A DNA stretch of 64,000 bases from an uncultured Alphaproteobacteria bacterium (GTDB taxonomy: Bacteria > Pseudomonadota > Alphaproteobacteria > RF32 > CAG-239), in contig CALYAW010000001.1 in the NCBI GenBank assembly GCA_944393685.1, positions 36,023 to 100,022 of the forward strand. Direction: 5' to 3'. The notes beneath the pieces are model-generated. The model saw only the letters and a list, made by a program, of their open reading frames with translations, did not search any database and was not told where the DNA came from. Within the stretch, counting starts at the first letter, position 1; each line of letters opens with the position of its first letter. Both the position numbers and the translations under genes were made by a program. This document shows, piece after piece, positions 50,502 to 60,590 of this stretch.

Positions 50502-50513
50502 TTTAAAAGCTCC

Positions 50514-51089
50514 CTATTTTTTAACTGATAACTCACCGATTCTGCTTGAAAATGCGGCTACTCCTTTTTCAATCAAAACGCTTATGTTTTTGACCACCAT
50601 TTCGATATCTGCAGCTAACATCTCAGCATCTGTCTTTGAAAAACGACTCAACACATGATTAACCACGGCCTCCCCGCCTCCTTGCGGATGCCCCACCCCT
50701 ATACGAATTCGATTGTATTCTGACGTAATAGCAGCATCAATTGACTTTATACCATTATGTCCGCCGCTTCCCCCGCCGATTTTAGACTTAATCTTTCCGA
50801 CAGGTAAATCCATATCATCATGAATAACAACAATATTTTGTGGCAAAATCTTATAAAAATGAGCAACCTTCACCACAGAATTTCCAGACAAGTTCATATA
50901 AGTTTGCGGTTTCAGCAAATATACCTTTTCGCCATTAATTGAACCTTCTGCCAATAAGCCATCAAATTTCTCACGAAAAGGACCGAAACCATATACCGCA
51001 GCAAGTTCATCTACAACCATAAACCCCACATTATGGCGAGTTCCGACATATTCATTTCCGGGATTACCAAGACCGACAACAAGAAACAT
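50514..51089 (-). CDS. pth: Peptidyl-tRNA hydrolase
   Basis: 191 aa MFLVVGLGNPGNEYVGTRHNVGF. Confidence 0.9.
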   Translation of the reverse strand: MFLVVGLGNPGNEYVGTRHNVGFMVVDELAAVYGFGPFREKFDGLLAEGSINGEKVYLLKPQTYMNLSGNSVVKVAHFYKILPQNIVVIHDDMDLPVGKIKSKIGGGSGGHNGIKSIDAAITSEYNRIRIGVGHPQGGGEAVVNHVLSRFSKTDAEMLAADIEMVVKNISVLIEKGVAAFSSRIGELSVKK

Positions 51090-51231
51090 TCATCACCCAA
51101 AATAAAAAAATCCTGTCAAACAGGACGATGCTCAACTATCTCTCAATCAAACAAAGACAAAGGCGGTACACCATTTGTGCACAAAGATGACACCGCCTTA
51201 CTTATCCTTTATCAACAGCTCAAAACCCGAA

Positions 51232-51522
51232 CTATTTACGCAAAAAGTCTACATGAATAGGAGCATCGCTGACCGGATGGAATTGAACATCCTGACAAGA
51301 AACTTTAATTTTTTTACCGTCCAAAACAACTTCAATATCCGCATCATAAAAACCGACAGTATCCAAAGCTTTTTCCAGTTCTACCGGATGCAAAGAAATC
51401 ATAACTGTTTCTTGTTTTCCACCATAAATAACGGCAGGAACACGACCCTCACGACGACATGCACGAGCTGCCCCCTTACCTGCTTTCTCACGCTTTTCAG
51501 CATTAAATGTAATATTTACCAT
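51232..51522 (-). CDS. rplY: 50S ribosomal protein L25 (short form)
   Basis: 96 aa MVNITFNAEKREKAGKGAARACRREGRVPAVIYGGKQE...IHVDFLRK. Aligns end-to-end with the 94-aa E. coli L25. Confidence 0.8.
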   Translation of the reverse strand: MVNITFNAEKREKAGKGAARACRREGRVPAVIYGGKQETVMISLHPVELEKALDTVGFYDADIEVVLDGKKIKVSCQDVQFHPVSDAPIHVDFLRK

Positions 51523-51763
51523 ATTAAAATTCCTTTATATAAAAAAAACACGCCTGCCTGGCCTCCAGGGGTGCCGCAACAGGTGAGTCGACTCATACAC
51601 CTTTTTTTTTGATTTTTCAAGAATTTTTTAAGTTGGCAAAAACAAAACAAGGTCCGCCAAGCAGACCTTGTTTCCAAACACAAAACTCAAATTCAAATAC
51701 TTCCTTTGAGCTCTTCCAGCTTATAGATGTTATTTTTTTCGTCATAACCGACAACCAGAGCTT

Positions 51764-52015
51764 TTACTCTATCGCTTGAAGGTTTTTGAGAAAAAAACCA
51801 CTATGATTGCCGCACAGAAAAAACTTACAAATCCACTTTCCGTCTTTCTCTGTTTTAACCCTGGCAATCACTATCTGGCTTTTCATTTTTTTGGCTCGGC
51901 GGACAGCAAAGACAATCCGCAAATAAATATATGCGACACAAGATGCCAAAAAGAGAACAAGTATCGCTTTTGAGCTAAAATTTTCCATGGTATAATAATT
52001 ATTATAATCCGACAA
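51764..52015 (-). CDS. Small hypothetical membrane protein
   Basis: 83 aa with one TM helix. Followed on the minus strand by a hairpin (51646-51673) with T-run, supporting an independent transcript. Confidence 0.3.
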   Translation of the reverse strand: MSDYNNYYTMENFSSKAILVLFLASCVAYIYLRIVFAVRRAKKMKSQIVIARVKTEKDGKWICKFFLCGNHSGFFLKNLQAIE

Positions 52016-52098
52016 ATTCTTAAAAAATTAATACTTATAAAAGTATAAGAAGATTAATTCTCAAATGCTTTGGGCGTCAACTTAAAATCAACCTGCTG

Positions 52099-52135
52099 TC
52101 CACAAAAAGACAGGTCGATAATATCGACCTGTCTT
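52099..52135 (-). terminator. Rho-independent terminator of pnp
   Basis: AGACAGGTCGAT-AAT-ATCGACCTGTCT followed by a T-run on the minus strand. Confidence 0.75.
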
Positions 52136-52157
52136 AATCAATGCATCTTGAAAAAGA

Positions 52158-54278
52158 TTATTTTTCGAGATCTTCTCCAGTCTCTTGGTTTACACGCTTT
52201 GCAGACAAGCGAATTTTTCCACGATTATCCGACCCCATACATTTCACCCAAATTGGGTCCCCTTCTTTATAAAATTCGGAAACGGTCGCAATTCGCTCCG
52301 GTCTGATTTCGGAAATATGAACCAAACCTTCCGTTGTTCCAAGGAAACGAACAAAAGCTCCAAAGTCCATGATTTTAGTAACCACGCCGTGATAAATTTT
52401 ACCTTCTTCAGGTTCAGCCACAATACCCATAATCCATTCCAAAGCAGCATCTCCGTCTTCTTTTTTCATGGAAGCAATCTTAACGACGCCATCATCAGAA
52501 ATATCAATCTTGGTATGTGTTTTTTCAACAATTTCACGGATAACTTTTCCACCTGTTCCGATAACCTCACGAATTTTATCAACCTGAATCTTAATTGCAA
52601 CAATACGTGGAGCCTTATCCGAAACATGAGGACGTGCTTCCGAAATAGCCTTTGCCATTTCTCCCAAAATATGAATACGCCCTTCATGAGCTTGTGCCAA
52701 AGCCGTTTTCATAATATCTTTGGTAATAGACGTAATTTTAATATCCATCTGGAGAGCTGTAACACCATCTTTTGTTCCGGCAACCTTAAAGTCCATATCA
52801 CCCAGATGATCTTCATCACCCAGGATATCAGTCAAAACAGCAATGCGACCATCATCTTCCTTAATCAATCCCATGGCAATACCGGCTACCGGCTTGGCCA
52901 AAGGTACACCCGCGGCCTGCAAAGACATCGTAGAACCACAAACCGTTGCCATAGAAGAAGAGCCGTTTGATTCCATAATCTCAGACACAACACGAACTGT
53001 ATAGGGGAATGCATCTTTATCTTTTGGCATCATCGGATGAATTGCACGCCAAGCCAGTTTTCCGTGACCGATTTCACGACGTCCCGGACTACCGATTCTA
53101 CCACACTCTCCGACAGAAAACGGCGGGAAATTATAATTAAGCATGAAGTCTTCTTTATACTCATCCATCAAACCATCAACAATTTGAGCATCTTCTCCTG
53201 TACCAAGCGTTGTCACAACAAGGGCCTGTGTCTCGCCACGAGTAAACAAAGCAGAGCCATGAGCTGTTGGCAACACATCAACTTGACATTGTATCGGGCG
53301 TACGGTTTTGGTATCACGTCCGTCAATGCGATGTCCCGTATTCAAAACTTTTTCGCGAACAACTCTGTGCATCAACTGCTCAATTGCGTCCCCGACATAG
53401 CGAACCTCGAGCTCATTTTCAGGATCAATGGAAGCCTTGACTTCTTCTGATGCCTGACCAACCAAAGTACCACGTTTGAGCTTGTCCGTTTCATTAAAGG
53501 CTTCCTCAAATTTAGGACGGAATTCTTTTTCAATCCGAGCATACAAAGCGTCATACTCCGGAGGAAACTTAGGCGATTCCCAAACTTCTTTTCCTGCTTC
53601 TTGCTTAAGCTCGCCAATCAGCTTAATAACGTCTTGGAAACTTTCAAATCCAAACATAACAGCACCAAGCATAGTCTCTTCAGACAATTCTTGAGCCTCG
53701 GATTCAACCATTAAAACACCCTCGGATGTACCGGCAACAACCAATTCCAAGTCAGTATCCTTCAACTGTTCTATGGTTGGGTTCAAAATATACTGACCAT
53801 TTTTATAACCAACTTTTGCTCCTGCTATTGGTCCCATAAACGGAATCCCAGAGACCGCCAAAGCAGCCGAAGCGGCAATCATTGAAGGAATATCAGAATC
53901 ATTTTCTTGATCATGCCCCAGAACCGTGCAAATAATCTGTACCTCATTTTTGAAAGCATCCGGAAACAATGGACGTATCGGACGATCAATCAAGCGAGAG
54001 ATTAAAACCTCACGCTCAGAAGGCTTACCTTCGCGTTTTACAAAACCTCCCGGCAATTTTCCGGTAGCATAATATTTTTCCTGATAATTAACGGTCAAAG
54101 GAAAGAAATCCTGATCTGCCTTTGCTTCTTTTGCAGCACAAACAGTTGCAAGAACTTTTGTCTCTCCATAGGTCACAAGTACGGCACCTGTAGCCTGTCT
54201 TGCAATTTTACCTGTTTCCAATACTAATTTTCGGCCGCCCCATTCCATTTCTTTGCGGCATTCTTTAAACTCGATCAT
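52158..54278 (-). CDS. pnp: Polyribonucleotide nucleotidyltransferase (PNPase)
   Basis: 706 aa, two RNase PH domains, KH and S1 domains. N-terminus [18 protein letters not shown]. Confidence 0.95.
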   Translation of the reverse strand: MIEFKECRKEMEWGGRKLVLETGKIARQATGAVLVTYGETKVLATVCAAKEAKADQDFFPLTVNYQEKYYATGKLPGGFVKREGKPSEREVLISRLIDRPIRPLFPDAFKNEVQIICTVLGHDQENDSDIPSMIAASAALAVSGIPFMGPIAGAKVGYKNGQYILNPTIEQLKDTDLELVVAGTSEGVLMVESEAQELSEETMLGAVMFGFESFQDVIKLIGELKQEAGKEVWESPKFPPEYDALYARIEKEFRPKFEEAFNETDKLKRGTLVGQASEEVKASIDPENELEVRYVGDAIEQLMHRVVREKVLNTGHRIDGRDTKTVRPIQCQVDVLPTAHGSALFTRGETQALVVTTLGTGEDAQIVDGLMDEYKEDFMLNYNFPPFSVGECGRIGSPGRREIGHGKLAWRAIHPMMPKDKDAFPYTVRVVSEIMESNGSSSMATVCGSTMSLQAAGVPLAKPVAGIAMGLIKEDDGRIAVLTDILGDEDHLGDMDFKVAGTKDGVTALQMDIKITSITKDIMKTALAQAHEGRIHILGEMAKAISEARPHVSDKAPRIVAIKIQVDKIREVIGTGGKVIREIVEKTHTKIDISDDGVVKIASMKKEDGDAALEWIMGIVAEPEEGKIYHGVVTKIMDFGAFVRFLGTTEGLVHISEIRPERIATVSEFYKEGDPIWVKCMGSDNRGKIRLSAKRVNQETGEDLEK

Positions 54279-54516
54279 ATTTCTTTACCTTTCTTTTCCA
54301 TATAACCTCACCTGCCCCATGCAGGATTTTATAAAAATAACCGCGGGAACATATTTCCCCCGCAGTCTAAAATTTATTTTGTCGTAAAAAAGTGCGCTCT
54401 CTGCTCCACAACAAAATCCGATCCAACACATCAAGACAAAGAATATTTTTCGCGTTCATAATCATCGAGATATCGGAGTTCGGCTTAAGACATTGCATAA
54501 AGCGCACCTTACAATC

Positions 54517-54786
54517 TTATTTACGAAGATCTAATTTTTTAATCAAATCCTGATATCTGCTTTCGGACTTACCTTTCAAATAATCCAAAAGGTGACGACG
54601 ACGACTAACCTTCTTCATCAAACCAAGACGAGAATGTGTATCTTTGGCATGAGTTTTGAAGTGCTCAATCAGGTTATTAATTTCAGCGGTCCAAATTGCT
54701 ATCTGAACTTCCGGAGAACCGGTATCATTCGGATTCAAGCCATATGCTTTGACCAATTCTTGTTTTTTCTCATTAGAAATCGACAT
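54517..54786 (-). CDS. rpsO: 30S ribosomal protein S15
   Basis: 89 aa [30 protein letters not shown]. Confidence 0.95.
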   Translation of the reverse strand: MSISNEKKQELVKAYGLNPNDTGSPEVQIAIWTAEINNLIEHFKTHAKDTHSRLGLMKKVSRRRHLLDYLKGKSESRYQDLIKKLDLRK

Positions 54787-54801
54787 CTTTATTTTCCTTT
54801 T

Positions 54802-55716
54802 TTAATCAAAATTAAAAACACGAACCGGAGAGATTTTTCTCTCATCGATTCTCACCATGGCTACCAACTCATTTTCAAAGACAACTGCGGCCGTCTGACC
54901 CAAAAGATTTTTGACATCTATTTTCTTGGGCGACAACCCCTGCCCTTGTTTAAGCTTTTTAGCCTCTTCCTCCCCTACGGCAATGACCGCGATGTCGCGC
55001 AGACATGTCATGACGGGAAGTAAACTCTTCATGAGATTTTCACCATACTCCAAATTTTTTATATTTTCCAGCAAAATTTTTTGACTCAAATCAAAATTGC
55101 CGCATTTTGTCCGCCTTAACTCTTGCAAATAACCGCAGCTTCCTAATCTTCGAGCAATATCAGCTCCCAAAGTTCGAACATATGTTCCTTTTGAGCAACA
55201 AACTCTAAAGCGAGCTGTTCGAGTCGTCAGCATTTCCAACAAATCCAACGAATAAATTTTTACTTTTCTTTCTGGGATTTTCACCTCTTTACCTTGTCTT
55301 GCCAAATCATAAGCTCTTTTCCCATCGATTTTAATTGCTGAATAGGCTGGCGGAACCTGCCCAATCTCACCAATAAATTCCGGCAAAACAGCTTTTATTT
55401 GCTCTTCTGAAGGAATAACATCAGACTGAGCAATCACTTGCCCTTCTGTATCAAGCGTATCTGTTTCTTCGCCAAAAAAAAGCACAAATTCATATTCTTT
55501 ATCGCCATCGCTCACATAAGAAATAAGCTTAGTCGCCTCTCCAAAAGCTATCGGTAGTACTCCTGTCGCAAATGGATCCAATGTCCCGCAATGTCCGTTT
55601 TTTTGAGCATGAAACAATCTTCTTGTCAAACTGACAACTTGTGTTGAGCCCATCTCTCTGGGCTTATCCACAATCAACCATCCGCTAATTTTCTCGCCTT
55701 TTTTAACTTTGGACAT
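54802..55716 (-). CDS. truB: tRNA pseudouridine(55) synthase TruB
   Basis: 304 aa. GWLIVDKPREMGSTQVV...HCGTLDPFATGVL motif. Confidence 0.9.
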   Translation of the reverse strand: MSKVKKGEKISGWLIVDKPREMGSTQVVSLTRRLFHAQKNGHCGTLDPFATGVLPIAFGEATKLISYVSDGDKEYEFVLFFGEETDTLDTEGQVIAQSDVIPSEEQIKAVLPEFIGEIGQVPPAYSAIKIDGKRAYDLARQGKEVKIPERKVKIYSLDLLEMLTTRTARFRVCCSKGTYVRTLGADIARRLGSCGYLQELRRTKCGNFDLSQKILLENIKNLEYGENLMKSLLPVMTCLRDIAVIAVGEEEAKKLKQGQGLSPKKIDVKNLLGQTAAVVFENELVAMVRIDERKISPVRVFNFD

Positions 55717-55721
55717 AGGGT

Positions 55722-56099
55722 TTATTTCAAATCTTGAGCGACTTTTGGATCGCGCAACAAACGCTCAATATTATCCACCGCCTCAAAAGTCTTATCAACA
55801 CGAAAATTTATCTCTGGAACATAGCGCAAAGATGTTTTGGCTGCCACTTGTTTTCTGAAAAAGTTAGAAGCCAACTGCAAACCACCTAAAACTTCTTGCA
55901 AAAAATTTCCGTTAGTTGTCATAAACCAAACGGTGCAATACTTTAAATCAGGAGAGACGGTAACTTTGGTAACCGTAACAAGAGTATTAATTCCCTCCAA
56001 ATTTCTAACTTCGCCTCGATCAATAAAATTGACAATAATCTTGCGTATTTCTTGTGCGACACGCAACTGACGTTGAGACGGCTCCTTATTTTCAGCCAT
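55722..56099 (-). CDS. rbfA: Ribosome-binding factor A
   Basis: 125 aa RQLRVAQEIRKIIVNFI...VTVTKVTVSPDLKYCTVW. Confidence 0.9.
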   Translation of the reverse strand: MAENKEPSQRQLRVAQEIRKIIVNFIDRGEVRNLEGINTLVTVTKVTVSPDLKYCTVWFMTTNGNFLQEVLGGLQLASNFFRKQVAAKTSLRYVPEINFRVDKTFEAVDNIERLLRDPKVAQDLK

Positions 56100-56230
56100 A
56101 AAATTTCTCCTTAAAAACCTTTTATACTTTTATATAGGCACTTTATGATTTTATCAATAAAAAAACAGGCAAAATAAATTTTGCCTGTTTTAATAAAAAG
56201 TGACACAAAGCTCCAAAACGAGTTTTCTGC

Positions 56231-56968
56231 CTAAATCATAGCCATACCGCCATTAATATTAATTGTCTGACCGGTAATATATTGAGCTTCATCAGAAGCC
56301 AAGAAAGCAACTACGTTAGCAATATCTTGAGCTTCACCAAGTTTTGCAGCGGGAATTTTTTCCATCAATTTTGCTTTAACATCATCAGGCAAAACATCTG
56401 TCATTGGCGTACGAATAAATCCCGGCGCAATAGAGTTAACGGTAATACCGCGAGAACCGACTTCTTGGGCCAAACACTTATTCATTGCAATCATTCCGGC
56501 CTTAGAAGCAGAATAATTGGCCTGTCCGGCATTACCTGTAACGCCTACAACGGAGGCAATACCGATAATACGCCCGAAACGACGTTTCATCATACCACGA
56601 ACCGCGGCTTTTGCCAATTTAAATCCTGCCGAAAGGTTAACATCCAAAACTAATTGCCAATCTTCATCACTCATCCGAATAAAGAGGTTGTCTCTGGTCA
56701 ATCCGGCATTATTAACCAAGATATCAATACGCCCTAATTTAGCTTCAACTTGATCAACCAAATTTTTAACATCATCTGCATTTGTCAAATTAGCCGTAAA
56801 AACCTCTACATTGTCACCCAGCTCGGCTTTTAACTTAAGCATAGGTTCTTCACGCATGTCTGTCAGAGCCAAAATAGCTCCTTGAGCATGCAAGGTACGA
56901 GCAATTTTATCTCCGATTCCGCCTGCAGCACCGGTAATCAAAGCAACTTTTCCATCTAATCTAAACAT
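56231..56968 (-). CDS. fabG: 3-oxoacyl-ACP reductase FabG
   Basis: 245 aa ALITGAAGGIGDKIARTL...NAG...YSASKAG SDR motifs. Confidence 0.9.
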   Translation of the reverse strand: MFRLDGKVALITGAAGGIGDKIARTLHAQGAILALTDMREEPMLKLKAELGDNVEVFTANLTNADDVKNLVDQVEAKLGRIDILVNNAGLTRDNLFIRMSDEDWQLVLDVNLSAGFKLAKAAVRGMMKRRFGRIIGIASVVGVTGNAGQANYSASKAGMIAMNKCLAQEVGSRGITVNSIAPGFIRTPMTDVLPDDVKAKLMEKIPAAKLGEAQDIANVVAFLASDEAQYITGQTININGGMAMI

Positions 56969-56990
56969 ATCTTTTTCCTAAATATTAATG

Positions 56991-57944
56991 TTAATTTTTC
57001 AAGCTATTTGCGAACTCTTCAATCTCGGCGGCCGAACCAACCGAAATAGCATTAATTTCACCATGACTTCTTTTAATAATACCCGAGAGCACCCTTCCGG
57101 CTCCGAGTTCGATAGCTTCTTTCACATCTTGTTCCGCCAGATAATCAACTGTTTCTCTCCAACGAACAGATCCCGTAACTTGTTTTACCAAATTACTAAC
57201 CAGTTGTTTAGCATCTGTAACAGCCTGAGCCTCCACATTAGAAATCAACGGAATTTTCGGCTGATGAGCCTCCACTTTGGATAAAGCCTCCGCCATAACA
57301 TCGGCGGCAGGAGCCATCAACGGGCTATGAAACGGCGCGCTCACCGGAAGTTTGATACAGCGCTTTGCACCAAACTCGCCAGCAATTTCAACAGCTTTTT
57401 CAATAGCTTCCATATGACCAGATAGCACAACTTGTCCATTGGCATTATCATTGGCAGCAACACACACATACTTATCTTGAGCGCAAGCCTCCGCCAAAGC
57501 AACAACATCCTGATAAGAAACGCCGATAACGGCAGCCATTCCTCCGAGCCCGACGGGAACGGCCTTTTGCATGGCGTCGCCGCGGGTACGGAGTAGTTTG
57601 GCAGTGTCAGTCAAAGAGAACACTCCGGCTGCACACGCCGCCGAATATTCACCCAAAGAGTGACCTGCAACAAAACTTGCGTAATCTGACAATTTGACAT
57701 CAAATTCTTTTTCGAGAACTCTTACGACCGCCATGGAATGAGCCATTAAAGCGGGTTGAGCGTTAGACGTAAGAGTAAGATCTAGTTCAGGTCCTTCGAC
57801 CATAATCTTAAACAAATCCTGATGAAGCGCCTCGTTTACTTCCTCAAAGACCTGCTTTGCCGATTCAAAATTATCGGCAAGCTCTTTTCCCATGCCGACG
57901 AACTGAGAGCCTTGACCGGGGAAAACGAATGCTTTAGTCATCAA
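56991..57944 (-). CDS. fabD: Malonyl-CoA:ACP transacylase FabD
   Basis: 317 aa MMTKAFVFPGQGSQFVGMG...GHSLGEYSA. Confidence 0.9.
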   Translation of the reverse strand: MMTKAFVFPGQGSQFVGMGKELADNFESAKQVFEEVNEALHQDLFKIMVEGPELDLTLTSNAQPALMAHSMAVVRVLEKEFDVKLSDYASFVAGHSLGEYSAACAAGVFSLTDTAKLLRTRGDAMQKAVPVGLGGMAAVIGVSYQDVVALAEACAQDKYVCVAANDNANGQVVLSGHMEAIEKAVEIAGEFGAKRCIKLPVSAPFHSPLMAPAADVMAEALSKVEAHQPKIPLISNVEAQAVTDAKQLVSNLVKQVTGSVRWRETVDYLAEQDVKEAIELGAGRVLSGIIKRSHGEINAISVGSAAEIEEFANSLKN

Positions 57945-58118
57945 TAAAATATCCTTTGTTTCATTAAAATAACGTTTGAATCTTTAGCAATTTACACCCA
58001 AAAGTCAAGTCTTAAAACTCTGTTATCGGACGCAAATTATCTGCGATATTAAGAGAAAATTGAGAATTAGGCTATATACTTACGCATAATTAAAAGTCTG
58101 TTCAAAGAGGCAAGAAGC

Positions 58119-60383
58119 ATGGCAAAACGCAAAAAAGAAAAATCATTTTTGGCAAAACTCGGAAAACATTTGTTCGGTTTGACACTTATTTTGTGGGTAC
58201 TGAGTCTGATAATCAGTTGTATATTTTTTAATTCATCAGACGCCGGCTACAATCTGGCTTCCTCATCTCCGGCACAAAACTTGCTAGGTCTTTATGGCTC
58301 TCAAAATGCCGATTTGATACTCACTTGGTTTGGAATAGCCTTGCCTGTATTTTTGATTGCCCCCTTAATTTGGGGCTATGGTTTCTTGCGATTGAGAGAA
58401 TTCATACATCCATGGTGGCGCTTGTTTGCGTTTGGGCTCGGAACAATATCTTTAGCCACAATGCTAGCCTTACTGACTAGTTGCTGTTCATCGTTCCGAA
58501 TTGGTGGCAACATAGGATTATTTTTCTCTCGTAATTTTCTGACACTTATAAAAGAACTTTATGTTTTTGACTATGCTCACTATATATTGGCTTTTGTATT
58601 CTTTTTGATTTCTTTTGTTTCTTTTAATCTTGCTTGTGGTATAAATTTCTGCTCCTGGATACAGCTTGGCAAACGCATTATCTCCGCATTTATATTTGCG
58701 GCACACAAATTAGCAACTTTTGCGCTTTGGTTCAGCAACTTATTTAATAAAAAAACAAATGAAGCCCCTCGTATCAAAGCCCCAAAAACCAAAAAAGAGC
58801 CAAAACTTCGTAAAGAACCGACTATTGAAGAAAAATCAGTTGAAAACATCAAAATATCCAAACCGCGCAAAGCCGCCGATGATGGCTATCAATATCCAAG
58901 CATTGATTTGCTTTCGACCGCCAAAGACAAGGCTGCCAACACTATAAATCAAAAAGAGCTTGATAAAACGGCTTCGGATTTGGAAGCTGTTTTACAAGAG
59001 TTTGGTGTAAACGGCAAAATTGTCAAAGTACGGCCGGGCCCTGTTGTCACTCTTTATGAATTAGAACCCGCCCCTGGAACAAAAAGTGCTCGTGTTATCG
59101 GATTGGCAGACGATATTGCTCGCTCCATGAGTGCTGTTTCCGTGCGCATTGCTGTTGTTCCCGGTTCAAACACCATAGGAATTGAACTGCCCAACAAAAC
59201 CCGAGAAATCGTTTACCTTCGCGACTTGCTAGAAAGTCCGGATTTTGCGGACTCGAAAGCAGCTCTAACCATTACGTTGGGCAAAGATATCGGCGGCAAA
59301 AACACCTATGCGGATTTAGCCAAAATGCCGCACCTTCTCGTTGCCGGTACCACTGGTTCAGGAAAATCAGTTGGTGTCAACTCAATGATTATATCCCTTC
59401 TTTACAAGATGCGTCCGGAAGAATGCAAACTAATCATGATTGACCCCAAAATGCTTGAATTCACTATGTACAATGGCATTCCACACTTGCTCACCCCCGT
59501 AATTACCGACCCCGGAAAAGCTGTTGTCGGCCTGAAATGGGCGGTCCGTGAAATGGAAGACAGATATCGTGCCATGGCAAAACTCAATGTTCGCAACATC
59601 ACCGGCTACAACAAACGTCTGGAAGAACTTCGGATGAGTGGTGAAAAGATTTCTCGCACCATCCAAACAGGTTTTGATTCCGAAACAGGAAAACCCATTT
59701 ATGAAGAACAAGAATTAGATCTCACGCCATTACCTTATATTGTCATTGTTGTCGACGAAATGGCAGACCTTATGCTTGTTGCCGGCAAAGAAGTGGAGGC
59801 TGCCATCCAACGCTTAGCTCAAATGGCTCGTGCGGCGGGCATTCACTTGATTATGTCGACCCAAAGGCCTTCCGTTGATGTTATCACGGGTACAATCAAA
59901 GCTAATTTCCCGACACGCATTAGCTTTCAGGTTACCTCAAAAATTGATAGCCGCACCATTTTAGGAGAACAAGGAGCGGAACAATTGCTTGGAATGGGTG
60001 ATATGCTCTATATGCCGGCAGGCCAGCGCCCCAATCGTGTCCACGCGCCGTTTGTCAAAGACAGTGAGGTCGAACAAATTGTTGAATTTCTGAAACAACA
60101 ACGCGAGCCAGAATATGTAGAAGAAGTGACTGCCGGAGAATTAAACCCATCAAACGGTAGTGACAAACCAGTTTTTGACAATGGCAATTTTGGTTCCGGC
60201 AGCGATGAGGATTTATACCATCAGGCTGTGGAAATCGTGCGCAATGACAAAAAAGCATCCACCAGCTATGTTCAGCGTCGTCTGCGCATAGGCTACAACC
60301 GTGCGGCCACATTAATAGAAAGAATGGAAGAAGAAGGAATTATTTCTGCACCGGATCATGCCGGTCGCCGCGAAGTCTTGTAA
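58119..60383 (+). CDS. ftsK: DNA translocase FtsK
   Basis: 754 aa. N-terminal 4-TM domain, linker, motor domain (LLVAGTTGSGKSVGVNSMI...VVDEMADLM), C-terminal gamma winged-helix. Confidence 0.9.
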   Translation: MAKRKKEKSFLAKLGKHLFGLTLILWVLSLIISCIFFNSSDAGYNLASSSPAQNLLGLYGSQNADLILTWFGIALPVFLIAPLIWGYGFLRLREFIHPWWRLFAFGLGTISLATMLALLTSCCSSFRIGGNIGLFFSRNFLTLIKELYVFDYAHYILAFVFFLISFVSFNLACGINFCSWIQLGKRIISAFIFAAHKLATFALWFSNLFNKKTNEAPRIKAPKTKKEPKLRKEPTIEEKSVENIKISKPRKAADDGYQYPSIDLLSTAKDKAANTINQKELDKTASDLEAVLQEFGVNGKIVKVRPGPVVTLYELEPAPGTKSARVIGLADDIARSMSAVSVRIAVVPGSNTIGIELPNKTREIVYLRDLLESPDFADSKAALTITLGKDIGGKNTYADLAKMPHLLVAGTTGSGKSVGVNSMIISLLYKMRPEECKLIMIDPKMLEFTMYNGIPHLLTPVITDPGKAVVGLKWAVREMEDRYRAMAKLNVRNITGYNKRLEELRMSGEKISRTIQTGFDSETGKPIYEEQELDLTPLPYIVIVVDEMADLMLVAGKEVEAAIQRLAQMARAAGIHLIMSTQRPSVDVITGTIKANFPTRISFQVTSKIDSRTILGEQGAEQLLGMGDMLYMPAGQRPNRVHAPFVKDSEVEQIVEFLKQQREPEYVEEVTAGELNPSNGSDKPVFDNGNFGSGSDEDLYHQAVEIVRNDKKASTSYVQRRLRIGYNRAATLIERMEEEGIISAPDHAGRREVL

Positions 60384-60510
60384 GATTATATCTTATCACT
60401 TTCTTCATGAATAAGCTGCCATATTTTATCAAACAGCCTTTCCATTCCACGCTGATTAATTTCTCAGCTTGCCCTCGAAAAAGAAAATTAATCTCAAGAA
60501 ACGCCCAATA

Positions 60511-60543
60511 AAAAAAACACCGCTCCATTGAGCGGTGTTTCAA
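60511..60543 (-). terminator. Rho-independent terminator of infB (in the convergent ftsK/infB gap)
   Basis: ACACCGCT-CCATTG-AGCGGTGT preceded on the plus strand by A8 (T8 after the hairpin on the minus strand). Confidence 0.7.
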
Positions 60544-60590
60544 CTTTAACAAGATAAAGAATAAATATCTGAAATCAGATAAATATTATT

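Noticed and set aside
51232-51522. Possible truncation/pseudogene of ribosomal protein L25
   Set aside because: It is only 96 aa, whereas many alphaproteobacteria have the long Ctc form. It aligns end to end with the 94-aa E. coli L25 and the 140-bp downstream gap is too short for a lost C-domain, so it is a genuine short form.
52185-52970. 261-aa plus-strand ORF (and smaller neighbours) inside pnp
   Set aside because: Antisense to the highly conserved PNPase gene. Low-complexity N/F/R-rich translation typical of the reverse frame of an AT-rich gene.
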